In this document: positions 9,604 through 19,368 of the stretch, in pieces
Layout of the letters: the number at the start of each line of letters is the position of its first letter
Numbering within the stretch: position 1 is the first letter of the stretch
NCBI GenBank assembly: GCA_002401345.1
Contig: NVSU01000001.1
Span: 68,476-132,475 of the forward strand
DNA: 64,000 nt
From: Candidatus Wolfebacteria bacterium
GTDB taxonomy: Bacteria; Patescibacteriota; Minisyncoccia; Phycocordibacterales; NVSU01
Direction of reading: 5' to 3'
Program-made: the position numbers and the translations under genes
Notes under the pieces: model-generated
Seen by the model: only the letters and a program-made list of their open reading frames with translations
The model's database searches: none
What the model was told of the DNA's origin: nothing

Positions 9604-9709
9604 TTTTTAATCTCTAATGTTTATTTATAAATTTTTCGACCTCTTATAATTACGACCGCAGAGTACATGGATGTGTGCGTACACATTATCCGCGCGATGT
9701 GATCATGCT

Positions 9710-11233
9710 CTACCCTACTCCTCTGGGTTCTTTTTCTTTTTCCATAATGTCGATTGGTAGGCTTACGTAAAACTTTGTTCCATATCTTTCCTTTTTTCCA
9801 GCAACAACTCTGGTAAACATGAGTGAGTCAAACCAAATTTTGCCTTTCAATTGCCTCACTATTGATTTCACAATATAGAGCCCTAACCCAGTTCCGTCTG
9901 TGTCGTATTCTTTTACGTTGTCAGCCCTAAACAATTTTGTAAATATCATTGATTCCTGATTTTCAGGAATACCATATCCTGTATCGGAAACTGTAATGAG
10001 AATGTGTGAGTTGCTTTTTTCTATTGTCAGGAGTATTTCCCCATCTGCGGGCGTATATTTGATTGAATTGGAGAGCAGGTTCTGAAATATAATCCTTATA
10101 AACTTGAGGTCTGTATGTATATGTGGTAAATCCTTATCGTAATTTGTTTTTATTTTTATTTTTTTATTTCTAATTTGGGGAATAAATTCACTTATTAAAT
10201 CTTCTGACGCTTTTTGAATATCAATAGATTTTAAATCCATTGCCAATGTTCCAAGTTCTATTCTGGAAACATTTAATAATGCATCAACCAATGCCACCAT
10301 TCGTTTATTGTTTCGATATATCTTTTCTAAATAGTTTTTCTGTCCACTATCTATCTTCCCAATATCCCCCTCTAATAACATTTCGGCATACCAATTAATG
10401 GTGGAAAGTGGAGTACGTAGTTGATGCGATGCAAGTGACACGAATTCAGTTTTTGCCCGATCAATCTCTCTTTCTTTTGTGACATCACGAAATGCAATAA
10501 CACAACCAATAATTTTACCCTTTTTATTTTTTATTGGTGCAACCTTTCCCGCAACAGGGACTTTTGAGCCATCTTTTTTGATTAAGACGGTATGATTTGA
10601 TATTTCTATAATTTTAGAAGCTATCATGGCTTCTTTAACAAAATCATCACTTATTTTTTCATTTTCCTCAAAAACAAATTTCAAGGTATCCTTATATCTT
10701 TTACCTAGTACAGACTTGGTGCTAAGGCCTGATATCAAGGTCGCAGCTTTGTTAAAGAGTATTATCTTAAACTCAGGATCAATCACAAATACACCATCAC
10801 CTATGCTTTCAATAATAGTTTCAATTTTGTCTTTCTCTTCTTTAAGATCTTTCGTCTGGTCTTTTACCTTCTGTTCAACTTTCTCTTTTTCTTCATTCAA
10901 GTCTTCGAGAATATTGAGAGTTGCATGTTGTGAATCTTTTAGATTTTCATTAAGAAGATCAATCTTTATTATTTTCTGATGAAGTTCATCAGTTCTATTT
11001 TTTACTTTTTCTTCTAATTCTTTTTCTGATGTCGCTAACTCTCGCACTAATTCATTAATATCATCTTTCATCAAATCCAATGTCACTAATAACTCAGTAA
11101 ATTCATCCTCTTTTTCAGGAATATCTATATCAAATGAAAAATCTCCTAAGGCCATTTTATGAAAAATGGGACTTAATGCACTCAAGCGATTTTTTATATA
11201 CATATTTTCTTTTTTCAATTTTGTCTCAGTCAT
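9710..11233 (-). CDS. Cytoplasmic PAS sensor histidine kinase
   Basis: Coiled coil, PAS (IGDGVFVID), H-box ASHQLRTPL, N-box NSIKYT, DTGYGIP, GTGLGL. Confidence 0.95.
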   Translation of the reverse strand: MTETKLKKENMYIKNRLSALSPIFHKMALGDFSFDIDIPEKEDEFTELLVTLDLMKDDINELVRELATSEKELEEKVKNRTDELHQKIIKIDLLNENLKDSQHATLNILEDLNEEKEKVEQKVKDQTKDLKEEKDKIETIIESIGDGVFVIDPEFKIILFNKAATLISGLSTKSVLGKRYKDTLKFVFEENEKISDDFVKEAMIASKIIEISNHTVLIKKDGSKVPVAGKVAPIKNKKGKIIGCVIAFRDVTKEREIDRAKTEFVSLASHQLRTPLSTINWYAEMLLEGDIGKIDSGQKNYLEKIYRNNKRMVALVDALLNVSRIELGTLAMDLKSIDIQKASEDLISEFIPQIRNKKIKIKTNYDKDLPHIHTDLKFIRIIFQNLLSNSIKYTPADGEILLTIEKSNSHILITVSDTGYGIPENQESMIFTKLFRADNVKEYDTDGTGLGLYIVKSIVRQLKGKIWFDSLMFTRVVAGKKERYGTKFYVSLPIDIMEKEKEPRGVG

Positions 11234-11253
11234 AGTAGATATAACAACTCACC

Positions 11254-11661
11254 TTACGATTGTGTAAACCATTGCAATGCTTCTTCTTCATTTGGAAAAT
11301 GTCTTATAGTATCTAGTCCACTCGCATTTATAATAAAGGTCGCTACAGTTTTAATAAGTGTACTTGCTCCAAAGATAGCAATTTTCCCAAACTTCTTGTC
11401 CTTACTGTTCTCTACAAGTTTTTTTCTCGCACCTGCAGTTGGTTTTCCTGCTTTTCTTAAGTCATAGAGGAGATTTACTTTGCCGGACACACGATTTGCA
11501 AGTTCCAATATTTCTTCATATTGCTTCATTATGATTGACTCGGTCTGAGGTATATTAAAAATTTTTACCCTAATAATATTATCGGTTATACTTAACGAAT
11601 AAGGATCAATTGCATTTCCATTGGAGGAATCTTTTTTTTCAGAGATTTTATCGCGAACCAT
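11254..11661 (-). CDS. STAS/SEC14-like (SpoIIAA-like) small protein
   Basis: LLYDLRK, ARKK, KIAIFGAS, HFPNEEEALQWF pattern. Confidence 0.7.
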   Translation of the reverse strand: MVRDKISEKKDSSNGNAIDPYSLSITDNIIRVKIFNIPQTESIIMKQYEEILELANRVSGKVNLLYDLRKAGKPTAGARKKLVENSKDKKFGKIAIFGASTLIKTVATFIINASGLDTIRHFPNEEEALQWFTQS

Positions 11662-12202
11662 ATATATTATTTTTATGTGTCAATCGCTTTTTTAACTCCT
11701 CAATCTCTTTTTTCAACTCAACCATTTTTAATTCGCGACCAATAGCTAATTTATTAAATCGTTCTAACTCTAAAGTATATTTCTTCAGTTTCTCTTCTAT
11801 CTCCTTTTGCTCGGTAATATCTCTTACTGTTGCCTGTAGTGAGTATTTGTCATCCATTTTAATCCTAGAAAGTAATACGGTTGCAGAAAATTCTTCTCCC
11901 GTGATCTTCTTATGTTGCCATTCAAAAAAATTAGAGCCCTCTTCCATAGCTTTTTTTATCATTTTTTTAGCTTTTACAGATGATCGTTGACCATCAGGTT
12001 GATACTCTGGAGATACTTTCCATGGTTCAAACGATATAAATTCAGTCTCATCTTTTGCCCCAAACATCTTAATCGCTGCATTATTACCAGAAGTGAACGT
12101 CCAAATAGGTGGAGCGAGCATCATTATGGCATCTCTCGATGAGTCAAAAAGAGTTTTGTATTTTATTTCAGTTTGATTTTTCTTGTCCATACGCATACGC
12201 AT
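11648..12202 (-). CDS. Stand-alone PAS domain protein with coiled-coil tail
   Basis: LFDSSRDAIM, SPEYQPDG, FEWQH, VRDITE, GRELKMVELKKE. Confidence 0.88.
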   Translation of the reverse strand: MRMRMDKKNQTEIKYKTLFDSSRDAIMMLAPPIWTFTSGNNAAIKMFGAKDETEFISFEPWKVSPEYQPDGQRSSVKAKKMIKKAMEEGSNFFEWQHKKITGEEFSATVLLSRIKMDDKYSLQATVRDITEQKEIEEKLKKYTLELERFNKLAIGRELKMVELKKEIEELKKRLTHKNNIYGSR

Positions 12203-12229
12203 TTATTGCGGGAGTTACATTTTTATTTT

Positions 12230-12625
12230 TTAGTCAGCTATTGATGTATGTATGATGTGCTCAACCTTACTCATAAGATCGTTGGAAGAAAAGGGTTTTT
12301 CTAAAAGATCTTTCACCAATGAGAGTTCCTCAAATGTATTCAAGGAATTATGAAAGCTTTCAGAATATAGAGGAAGTACAGACATCAACAATACTGGAAT
12401 ATTTTTTAACTTTTCATCATGCATCATATTCTCCATCACCTCCATACCACTCGCTCCTGGTATCAACACCGCGAGTACCACAAGATCATAGTGATCATCC
12501 TTCATTTTATTCAGCGCCTCCTCACCGTCATATGCAACATCCGCCACATCACCCATACCAGCCATAAATGTGTTTTTAGTGAGTTCTATTATTTCTTTAT
12601 CATCATCAACAATTAAAACTTTCAT
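12230..12625 (-). CDS. Receiver-domain protein lacking the phospho-acceptor Asp
   Basis: VLIVDDD, YDLVVLAVLIPG (Ala at the Asp position), KPF. Confidence 0.85.
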   Translation of the reverse strand: MKVLIVDDDKEIIELTKNTFMAGMGDVADVAYDGEEALNKMKDDHYDLVVLAVLIPGASGMEVMENMMHDEKLKNIPVLLMSVLPLYSESFHNSLNTFEELSLVKDLLEKPFSSNDLMSKVEHIIHTSIAD

Positions 12626-12652
12626 AAGGATTACTACATTACTAATAATGGA

Positions 12653-13609
12653 CTATTCTTTTTCGTCGTGTTTAGAAAAATATTTCCTTACCACTACCAA
12701 ATTTTTATCGATGGGCCGTGCGCGTGCTTTAGTTTCTTCATCAGTTTTTCTTAAATCAAAGCTTACCTTCTCGCCTAGTTCATTTTCATATCGAAGGACA
12801 AGCAGGGCAATAATCTTGGCCGGATTTTTAGTAATCTTGAGTACTTCTCCAGTATTATCATCGATAGTAAGACCATCAATATCAGAAGCTAAGTCTATTG
12901 CAGTATCCCCTACTCGATGCCTCATCTGCATGATTGTATCGCTAATCATTTCGTAAAATAATCTGTCATCCTTTAAGATATGTGAATAATCATGTGGCAC
13001 AAATCTACTCGATCGATATTTTTTTAAAATTAACCTGCTCACCACAGCAAATGCGAGACCAATCGCAAGTGTAATAATTCCTATAATAATTAACTGACTT
13101 ACAAAAATACCACCAAATTTTTTTTCTACATCAAATTGAAAAGAAGATGTCGCGGGAACCTCTTGTCCTTCATGTGCAATACTACTCGCTGCCACATAAC
13201 TCCCAGAAGAAAAGTCTTTTGGAATCTGAATAAATTTTACAAAACTTGCAGTCGTCTCAACTGCAACTGTTTCGGTTTCTTGTATTACCGCAATATTTCT
13301 TGCATCAAAAATTTGATACGTAATGGTGACATCAACTCGACGTCCGCTTCCAAAATTTATTAATTTAACAGAGATTGGCAAAAAATCCCCAGGGGCCACA
13401 CGCGATATTAAATTTCCGGTGTCAGTTTTTACTTGCGCTGCAGTATGAACACTCGCGACCAAAGGATTAATAGATATGTCGGAGCTTTGTGTATCAACAA
13501 AGCCGGGAGTTCTCTCGTAATAGGTATCGGCAAAAGGGGTAAATCCAATCACTGCCACTAATAGGATAAGGCACACATATAAGACTGTTGTGATAAATTT
13601 TCGTTTCAT
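12653..13609 (-). CDS. Membrane-anchored protein with extracellular Ig-like domain and cytoplasmic C-terminal domain
   Basis: N-terminal TM, beta-rich PGDFLPISVKLINFG...GSY segment, second TM. Confidence 0.7.
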   Translation of the reverse strand: MKRKFITTVLYVCLILLVAVIGFTPFADTYYERTPGFVDTQSSDISINPLVASVHTAAQVKTDTGNLISRVAPGDFLPISVKLINFGSGRRVDVTITYQIFDARNIAVIQETETVAVETTASFVKFIQIPKDFSSGSYVAASSIAHEGQEVPATSSFQFDVEKKFGGIFVSQLIIIGIITLAIGLAFAVVSRLILKKYRSSRFVPHDYSHILKDDRLFYEMISDTIMQMRHRVGDTAIDLASDIDGLTIDDNTGEVLKITKNPAKIIALLVLRYENELGEKVSFDLRKTDEETKARARPIDKNLVVVRKYFSKHDEKE

Positions 13610-13616
13610 AATTATG

Positions 13617-14000
13617 TTATCGCTTTTTTCTTCTCCTATAATAAAAAGAGTAGAGAACTATAATAATAAATATGACTGAAATCGCGACGATCGGTACTGA
13701 TACCGCTCGACGGTTTAATTGCTGAGACACTTTTCTAATCTCAATGTCGAATAATGGACGAGCATCGAATTCTCCAACAGCAAACTGCCCTTCTATACAC
13801 CCAGAAGAAGTTGGTATACAAGGAAGGCTGTATCTATCTTCAATGAGTGCATAATACTCAACTGGGGTAGGAGCATATGCGACATTAAGGGTGAATGCAA
13901 AAATAAGAAGAAAAAGAATAGAAAGCGCAGGAAAACGATGATCTTTCATAACATGTTTTATCAGTTTAAATATCTTCATATATGTGTAGTACGCTCCCAT
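13617..14000 (-). CDS. Small surface protein with C-terminal TM and basic tail
   Basis: Signal-like segment, PLFDIEI motif, TM helix, RRRKKR. Confidence 0.65.
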   Translation of the reverse strand: MGAYYTYMKIFKLIKHVMKDHRFPALSILFLLIFAFTLNVAYAPTPVEYYALIEDRYSLPCIPTSSGCIEGQFAVGEFDARPLFDIEIRKVSQQLNRRAVSVPIVAISVIFIIIVLYSFYYRRRKKR

Positions 14001-14030
14001 ATGTACTATAGGATGCGTATTATTTACTTT

Positions 14031-15035
14031 TTATCTTTTATTGCGTAGGTACAATCCATAGACAAGAGCTATAAGAATAAGACCTAAAATTATAAATACT
14101 GGTATTACATTTCTTTTGTCCTGAGAATCAGATTCTGTTGGCTCAATTTGAATATCAAATAAAGCTTCTGGTAGTTCATCTACGGCATCAATGATTATTT
14201 CCTCTGTTTCAGTTTGTTCGATACTACATTCTTCGTTTAATTTTGATTGTGTTGCTTCTCCAACAAAACCTGTTCCACGAGAGAATCCTGACGGATCGAG
14301 AATTTCCTCAAAGTATTTTTCTTGAAACAACGTAACCGCTTCCTTTGTTGAAGTACCAAAATTACCATCAATAGATCCAGAATAATGACCAGAAGATTGC
14401 AAACATATTTGAAGATATGCGACATCAGCATTATGATCATTAAATTCTAAATCTGTTTCAAAGCGGTATCCGATTGGTATCTGTGTAGCAATTTCCCTTG
14501 AAGGACTTTCTGTTATCGCAACATTTATCAGGTGTGTTTGAAGTGCCTCTGGTGATAGGCTGGATGTAACCACAACAGGTATTGATGATGTTCCTGAGAG
14601 AATATTTTTATTCCTTGCACTCAAGGACAAAGAATTATCACTCACTTTAATAAGGTCACTTCCCTCATTTTTTGATGAAAACGTTATCGTCCCAAATAGC
14701 GGAGCTAAAGGTGTTCCCCCTGGATATCCTGCAGTTTTTATCAATCTACCATTTACGTTATCTACTAGATCAAAACCCGACTGAGAAAGTGGTATCCAAT
14801 TTGGTCCAAAAGAAAAAAATTGTATACGCACAAGATCAGCTGGATACAATATTTCCACCTTGGTAGTATAATTTTTCACCCCTGCGGAATTTAAAATTAC
14901 ATCAACGGTAAAAGTCTCCTCTTGATGAACCTCAATGCTGGATGGAGAAAAAGAAAGTGCAGCTGCTGCTATATAATGAACTGGCACCAATCCCAAAATA
15001 AAAATGAACGAAAGTAAAATTTTAAAATATCTCAT
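14031..15035 (-). CDS. Cohesin-like plus peptidoglycan-binding domain surface protein
   Basis: LSFSPSS..ETFTVDV..FGTITF (cohesin-like); DVAYLQ..IDGNFG..TKEAVTLFQ..GTGFVGEATQSKLN (PG-binding); C-terminal TM. Confidence 0.8.
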   Translation of the reverse strand: MRYFKILLSFIFILGLVPVHYIAAAALSFSPSSIEVHQEETFTVDVILNSAGVKNYTTKVEILYPADLVRIQFFSFGPNWIPLSQSGFDLVDNVNGRLIKTAGYPGGTPLAPLFGTITFSSKNEGSDLIKVSDNSLSLSARNKNILSGTSSIPVVVTSSLSPEALQTHLINVAITESPSREIATQIPIGYRFETDLEFNDHNADVAYLQICLQSSGHYSGSIDGNFGTSTKEAVTLFQEKYFEEILDPSGFSRGTGFVGEATQSKLNEECSIEQTETEEIIIDAVDELPEALFDIQIEPTESDSQDKRNVIPVFIILGLILIALVYGLYLRNKR

Positions 15036-15040
15036 ATTTT

Positions 15041-15643
15041 TTAAACCCAATTAATCATTAATAAGTTAAAATCCAAAATAGAGACAATACTATCACAATC
15101 AAAATCAGCTACATTGTCTACATCAGTGTTTCCCCAATTCACCATCAACGTATTAAAATCTAATATATCAATGGAATCATCGTCATTGGTATCGACATCC
15201 CGACATGTAGATATACTCACACTGGTCCCATAGATAATTGAATCAGAGGCGACTAATGATGATGTTCCTTGTGAATTAAAAAACTTCACATATACTTCTT
15301 TTTCTCCATCACTTTCGGAGAGAGTCCATATCTTTGTTGTTGCATAGACTTCTTGCACAATACCTTGAAATTCACTTGTGTTGGAAATTGACATTTTTTT
15401 AGCAGTTGACCCTCCATTGAGTGTAAGTGTCACTTCGCGAGAAGAAGTGACTGCCTCATTGTCATTAATAACAACAGTAACACCTCCAGTCGGAGCGATA
15501 AATGTATCAAGAAATACACCTCCTCCACCTCCATATGCGAATGCAGATTTAATCCCAAGGAATACTACTCCTTGGGTAAATAAAATGAGTGCTGTCACTA
15601 CAAGTGATAGAAAAAAATATACGTTATTATTCTTTGATCTCAT
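15041..15643 (-). CDS. Secreted protein with C-terminal dockerin-like domain
   Basis: Two Ca-binding repeats DTNDDDSIDILDFNTLMVNWG and DFDCDSIVSILDFNLLMINW; start taken at MRSKN. Confidence 0.8.
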   Translation of the reverse strand: MRSKNNNVYFFLSLVVTALILFTQGVVFLGIKSAFAYGGGGGVFLDTFIAPTGGVTVVINDNEAVTSSREVTLTLNGGSTAKKMSISNTSEFQGIVQEVYATTKIWTLSESDGEKEVYVKFFNSQGTSSLVASDSIIYGTSVSISTCRDVDTNDDDSIDILDFNTLMVNWGNTDVDNVADFDCDSIVSILDFNLLMINWV

Positions 15644-15656
15644 ATAATACAAACAC

Positions 15657-15697
15657 AAAAAAAGCGCCGCACTGTTAATCACAATTACGACGCTTTT
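15657..15697 (-). promoter_or_regulatory. Leader attenuator motif copy 1
   Basis: AAAAGCGTCGTAATTGTGATTAACAGTGCGGCGCTTTTTTT; upstream of the dockerin/cohesin operon. Confidence 0.8.
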
Positions 15698-15813
15698 CAT
15701 ATTTTGTTAGTTTAATTGTATCAATTCACAGTTTAATTGAAAGATAGAAATGTGGATAACTTTCAACGTACTTTCTACACGACCCAATTAAACTACTGTG
15801 ATAAAATTAGTAG

Positions 15814-15853
15814 GCGTCATAATTGTGAGTTACTTCAATATTATGACGTTTTT
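15814..15853 (+). promoter_or_regulatory. Leader attenuator motif copy 2
   Basis: GCGTCATAATTGTGAG...ATTATGACGTTTTT, 6 nt after TGaTAAAAT; the 3' arm contains the likely start codon at 15843. Confidence 0.75.
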
Positions 15854-17375
15854 ACATGTATTTAAAAAAAATTGCATTATTTCAATTCTTGTACTCTTGC
15901 TGTTGAGCTGGGGGATATTCTTAAGATTCCACAATCTGGGACAGTCATCATATTGGATGGATGAAGGATATTCAGTAAATGCGGCACTCTCCACAGCAGA
16001 GAAAGGATATCCATTTCTTGATTCAGGGATGACCTACGATACACATCTGCCGAGCACGTACGCAATTGCCGGATCAGTAAAATTGTTTGGTGAATCAAAC
16101 ACTTCGACACGCCTTCCATCGGTTATTTTTAATATACTATTCCTTGCTACTATATTTTTATTCACCAAAAAGTTTTTTGGGATAAAAACTGCACTTCTTA
16201 CAACTTTATTTTTGACGTTTTCATATTGGGAAATCGGATGGGCTCGACAAGCAAGAAATTATGCGCTCTTTCAGCTCTCATTCTGGCTTTCTCTTTATTT
16301 CTTCTGGCAACTGCTCTATAACACACGAGTAATAAAGTATGTGGTACCGTGGATTATATTTTCATTTCTCACTTTCTTTACACATCGTCTAGGCCTTTTT
16401 CTTTTGCCTATCTATCTTATTTCTTTTGTAGTAGTGCAATGGGATCATCTCAAGAAAAACTGGTTACATTATTTATTCGGTGCACGCTCAATATATGTAT
16501 ATATATTTACCCTTTTAATATTCATTATCTTTGGAGGAGGAGTATGGAATACAATAAAAGAATCTCTCTCACTAAAAATATTTTATTTACCACAGTATCT
16601 AGCATTTATAAAAAATAATTTCCTGCTTGTGATAATTCTCGCGCTTTCTTCTCTCGCATTATATTTCAAAAACAAATTAATTCGTCAAAAAATATCCCTT
16701 CTTCTGATTGTCTATATAGTTCCATTAGTGATTATTTCTTTTTTTATCCTTCTCTCGGGTCATCGTTACCTTTTCCCTGTTTTACCTGCGCTTTATATTT
16801 TAAGTGCACTTACATTTGTATATATATGGGAAAAATACAGAAATATTTTTATACGAATCGGAATCTCTGTGGCAGTAGTGCTTATGATACTTTTTTCAAA
16901 GGAGTTCCAGTTTATGCCACGCACATTCTTTCCCCTTGAATCAAATCGTACACCTATCGAATTGGGACAAAAAAACAAGGCGTCGCAAAATTATTATATT
17001 TATACTCCCCAGCCTGACTGGAATAACGCATATTCCTTTATCAAAGAACGCAACACACAGGACGATATTATAATCTCAGTTCAACCAGTCTTTAATAAAT
17101 TATACTTAAATGATGCAGGGTACTGGATAGCATATTCACTCAGTGACAAATCTACACCTCCAATGTCCGATTTCTATGTAGGAGCTCACACTATACAAAA
17201 TCTTACAGAGCTCACACAACTCACTCGCAATGAACATGGGTTTATTATTTTAGACTTTCTTTCAATGGACAACAGAATTGAGCAACACATTCTTGAATAT
17301 ATACATGAACATATGGAACTTGTATACAAAAAGGAAACAAACTACTGGTCGCGAATATGGATATATCGTTTTTGA
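15843..17375 (+). CDS. GT-C fold glycosyltransferase (PMT/ArnT-like)
   Basis: LRFHNLG..SYWMDEGYS, RLPSV, ARQARNYAL, many TM helices. Confidence 0.88.
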   Translation: MTFLHVFKKNCIISILVLLLLSWGIFLRFHNLGQSSYWMDEGYSVNAALSTAEKGYPFLDSGMTYDTHLPSTYAIAGSVKLFGESNTSTRLPSVIFNILFLATIFLFTKKFFGIKTALLTTLFLTFSYWEIGWARQARNYALFQLSFWLSLYFFWQLLYNTRVIKYVVPWIIFSFLTFFTHRLGLFLLPIYLISFVVVQWDHLKKNWLHYLFGARSIYVYIFTLLIFIIFGGGVWNTIKESLSLKIFYLPQYLAFIKNNFLLVIILALSSLALYFKNKLIRQKISLLLIVYIVPLVIISFFILLSGHRYLFPVLPALYILSALTFVYIWEKYRNIFIRIGISVAVVLMILFSKEFQFMPRTFFPLESNRTPIELGQKNKASQNYYIYTPQPDWNNAYSFIKERNTQDDIIISVQPVFNKLYLNDAGYWIAYSLSDKSTPPMSDFYVGAHTIQNLTELTQLTRNEHGFIILDFLSMDNRIEQHILEYIHEHMELVYKKETNYWSRIWIYRF

Positions 17376-17407
17376 TTCTTTATCTTGCAGATGATACAAT
17401 TTACAGT

Positions 17408-17450
17408 GCGTCGTAATAGTGATTTATTTTACTATTATGGTGCTTTTTTT
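17408..17450 (+). promoter_or_regulatory. Leader attenuator motif copy 3
   Basis: GCGTCGTAATAGTGATTTATTTTACTATTATGGTGCTTTTTTT, 7 nt after TGaTACAAT. Confidence 0.8.
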
Positions 17451-17466
17451 GTGCCCATTTTACCTC

Positions 17467-19368
17467 ATGGTGAACAAAAATATTCCTACAACTAAAAAAT
17501 CTTCAAAGAGACTATTAAGAAAAAGAAAACGCGTATTCCTTCATCGCTTTGGCGCTATTTTAATTATAGTAATCCCGATCATAGTGATTTCTTTTTTAGG
17601 AATACAGCTTTACCAAGCGTCTGCATACAATGCATTCTATACAACAGACCTTAATCCCGAGACATTCAAAAATGATAGTTTGCCTCTTTATATTAACGAA
17701 GATCTAAATAAAGAAATATTTGGACAAGGTGGGGTGATAGATAATGAATATTATTTCGAAATAATCGGTTCACCTTTCGAATTCATCTGGCAACCAGAAG
17801 AATTTCCAATAAAAAAGGATGTACAAGTCAGCGCTACATTCAAAGGAAATACTTTTTTGGAACTTGGTATTCCCTGTATAGCATGCAACCAAGAAAACTA
17901 CAGATGGGAACCTTTTTATGATCCTCTTAAAAATCCTCCGGCAATAACTACATTATTTGAAAAGAATACAGAAAATAACTATACGAAGAATAGTATTACA
18001 GAAATAAAAAACGAGCTCGTCGGATCGCAGGTTTTTTATGTATATCTAGAAGACAAGATTGATCTTTCTATTACCAAGATTTCATTAAATCCACACAGTG
18101 CTGAAAAAAATATCCTGGTCACTCTAACTAATCTTGAAGGAACCATAGTATGGGAGGAGGAGCTCCCGCATGTTACGCATGAAGAAACATCATTCCGCTT
18201 TGAGGCAGCGCTTGAAGAAAAAGGTATCTATAAACTCTCTATAGTAAATTCTTTAGATGATTTCATTATCACTAACCTTTCTATTAATACACATGCCATT
18301 GCTTCAGCTGATACTATTCATTCAAAGATTACTATAGACACATCTATAGATGAATGGATCACTATCTCAAAACAAATAGAGGGGGAATTTAAAGACAAAA
18401 ACGCTATTAATTTTGTACTTAGAAATCAAATTTTAGAAGAAAAAAAGAAAAAAGAAGACATAATAAGAGAAAGGGGCTTTACGATAGCACAAGAGTTCAA
18501 AGATTTTTTGATTTGGAAAAAAGATAATGCACCAGTGCTTCATTTTGTAGTTCCAGACGAAGAGAGCACACTTCGCGAATTCCTTGCGCTCTCTATTCCT
18601 GAAAAAAGAGTGGTCGAGGAAAATAAAGATCTTGGAATTGTGCGGGACGCACCAGAGGGATTTGCGACAACACCGACAACCGTCAACACCGACTTGCGTG
18701 GTAATCACTCTTTTTATCTTTACCTCTCTGATTCATTTAGTTCCGACATATCAATAAAAGAACTCAATTGGTATGATGGCGCTGATGATATTACGATAAC
18801 GCTCAGTACAAAAAATGAAGGGAGGAAATTATGTCAAAGAACATTTTTTGACGACGGAAATGTCTCAACAGACAAACAAGAACATACAACAACTATTCCC
18901 TTTGAATGTAATAATCTTACTCCCGGAATATATCTTTTATCTTTCGAAGAGTCCTCATCAAAGAAAGATTATGTGATAAACAAACTCACAGTTAACACAA
19001 ATAAAATAATAGTTAAAAACGGTATTCTTAATTTACAACCACTACCACTCTACACTAATGTAACCACCGAAAAAAATATTAAATTCTACTACTGGCATGA
19101 GAACCTAGATCAAGAGATCACATTCACTTCAAAAGGAAAACAATTATCACTTTCATTAACAAAAGAAGATAAGGGTCGAGGAGTTTTTTATCCTTTGACA
19201 GCTGGATTATGGGAAATATATGCCTCTAAAGGTAATGCTGTTATTTCAAATGCTGATTTCGCTTTTTCACCTGAACATTGGTTTATCGTTGAACCGGATT
19301 ATATTGTTACAAAAAAAATAGATGACTCCACAATACTACTTAAAAATATAGCGATCACAGTACTATGA
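17467..19368 (+). CDS. Large membrane-anchored extracellular protein with an internal duplication
   Basis: Basic N-terminus, single TM, beta-rich body; two related segments (ELVGSQVFYVYLED / DLRGNHSFYLYLSD). Confidence 0.7.
   Translation: MVNKNIPTTKKSSKRLLRKRKRVFLHRFGAILIIVIPIIVISFLGIQLYQASAYNAFYTTDLNPETFKNDSLPLYINEDLNKEIFGQGGVIDNEYYFEIIGSPFEFIWQPEEFPIKKDVQVSATFKGNTFLELGIPCIACNQENYRWEPFYDPLKNPPAITTLFEKNTENNYTKNSITEIKNELVGSQVFYVYLEDKIDLSITKISLNPHSAEKNILVTLTNLEGTIVWEEELPHVTHEETSFRFEAALEEKGIYKLSIVNSLDDFIITNLSINTHAIASADTIHSKITIDTSIDEWITISKQIEGEFKDKNAINFVLRNQILEEKKKKEDIIRERGFTIAQEFKDFLIWKKDNAPVLHFVVPDEESTLREFLALSIPEKRVVEENKDLGIVRDAPEGFATTPTTVNTDLRGNHSFYLYLSDSFSSDISIKELNWYDGADDITITLSTKNEGRKLCQRTFFDDGNVSTDKQEHTTTIPFECNNLTPGIYLLSFEESSSKKDYVINKLTVNTNKIIVKNGILNLQPLPLYTNVTTEKNIKFYYWHENLDQEITFTSKGKQLSLSLTKEDKGRGVFYPLTAGLWEIYASKGNAVISNADFAFSPEHWFIVEPDYIVTKKIDDSTILLKNIAITVL

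Noticed and set aside
9644-9660. GCGGTCGTAATTATAA on the minus strand, resembling the leader motif
   Set aside because: It lacks intact GCGTC and GTGA blocks and has no paired 3' arm or U-tract, so it is not counted as a copy.
15644-15700. N-terminal ORF extensions running through the motif (also 15798-15842, 17419-17466 and 30416-30529) as a conserved leader peptide
   Set aside because: The motif is read in different frames in different copies, and some extensions start at or before the predicted -10 or TSS. They look like ORF-calling artefacts.
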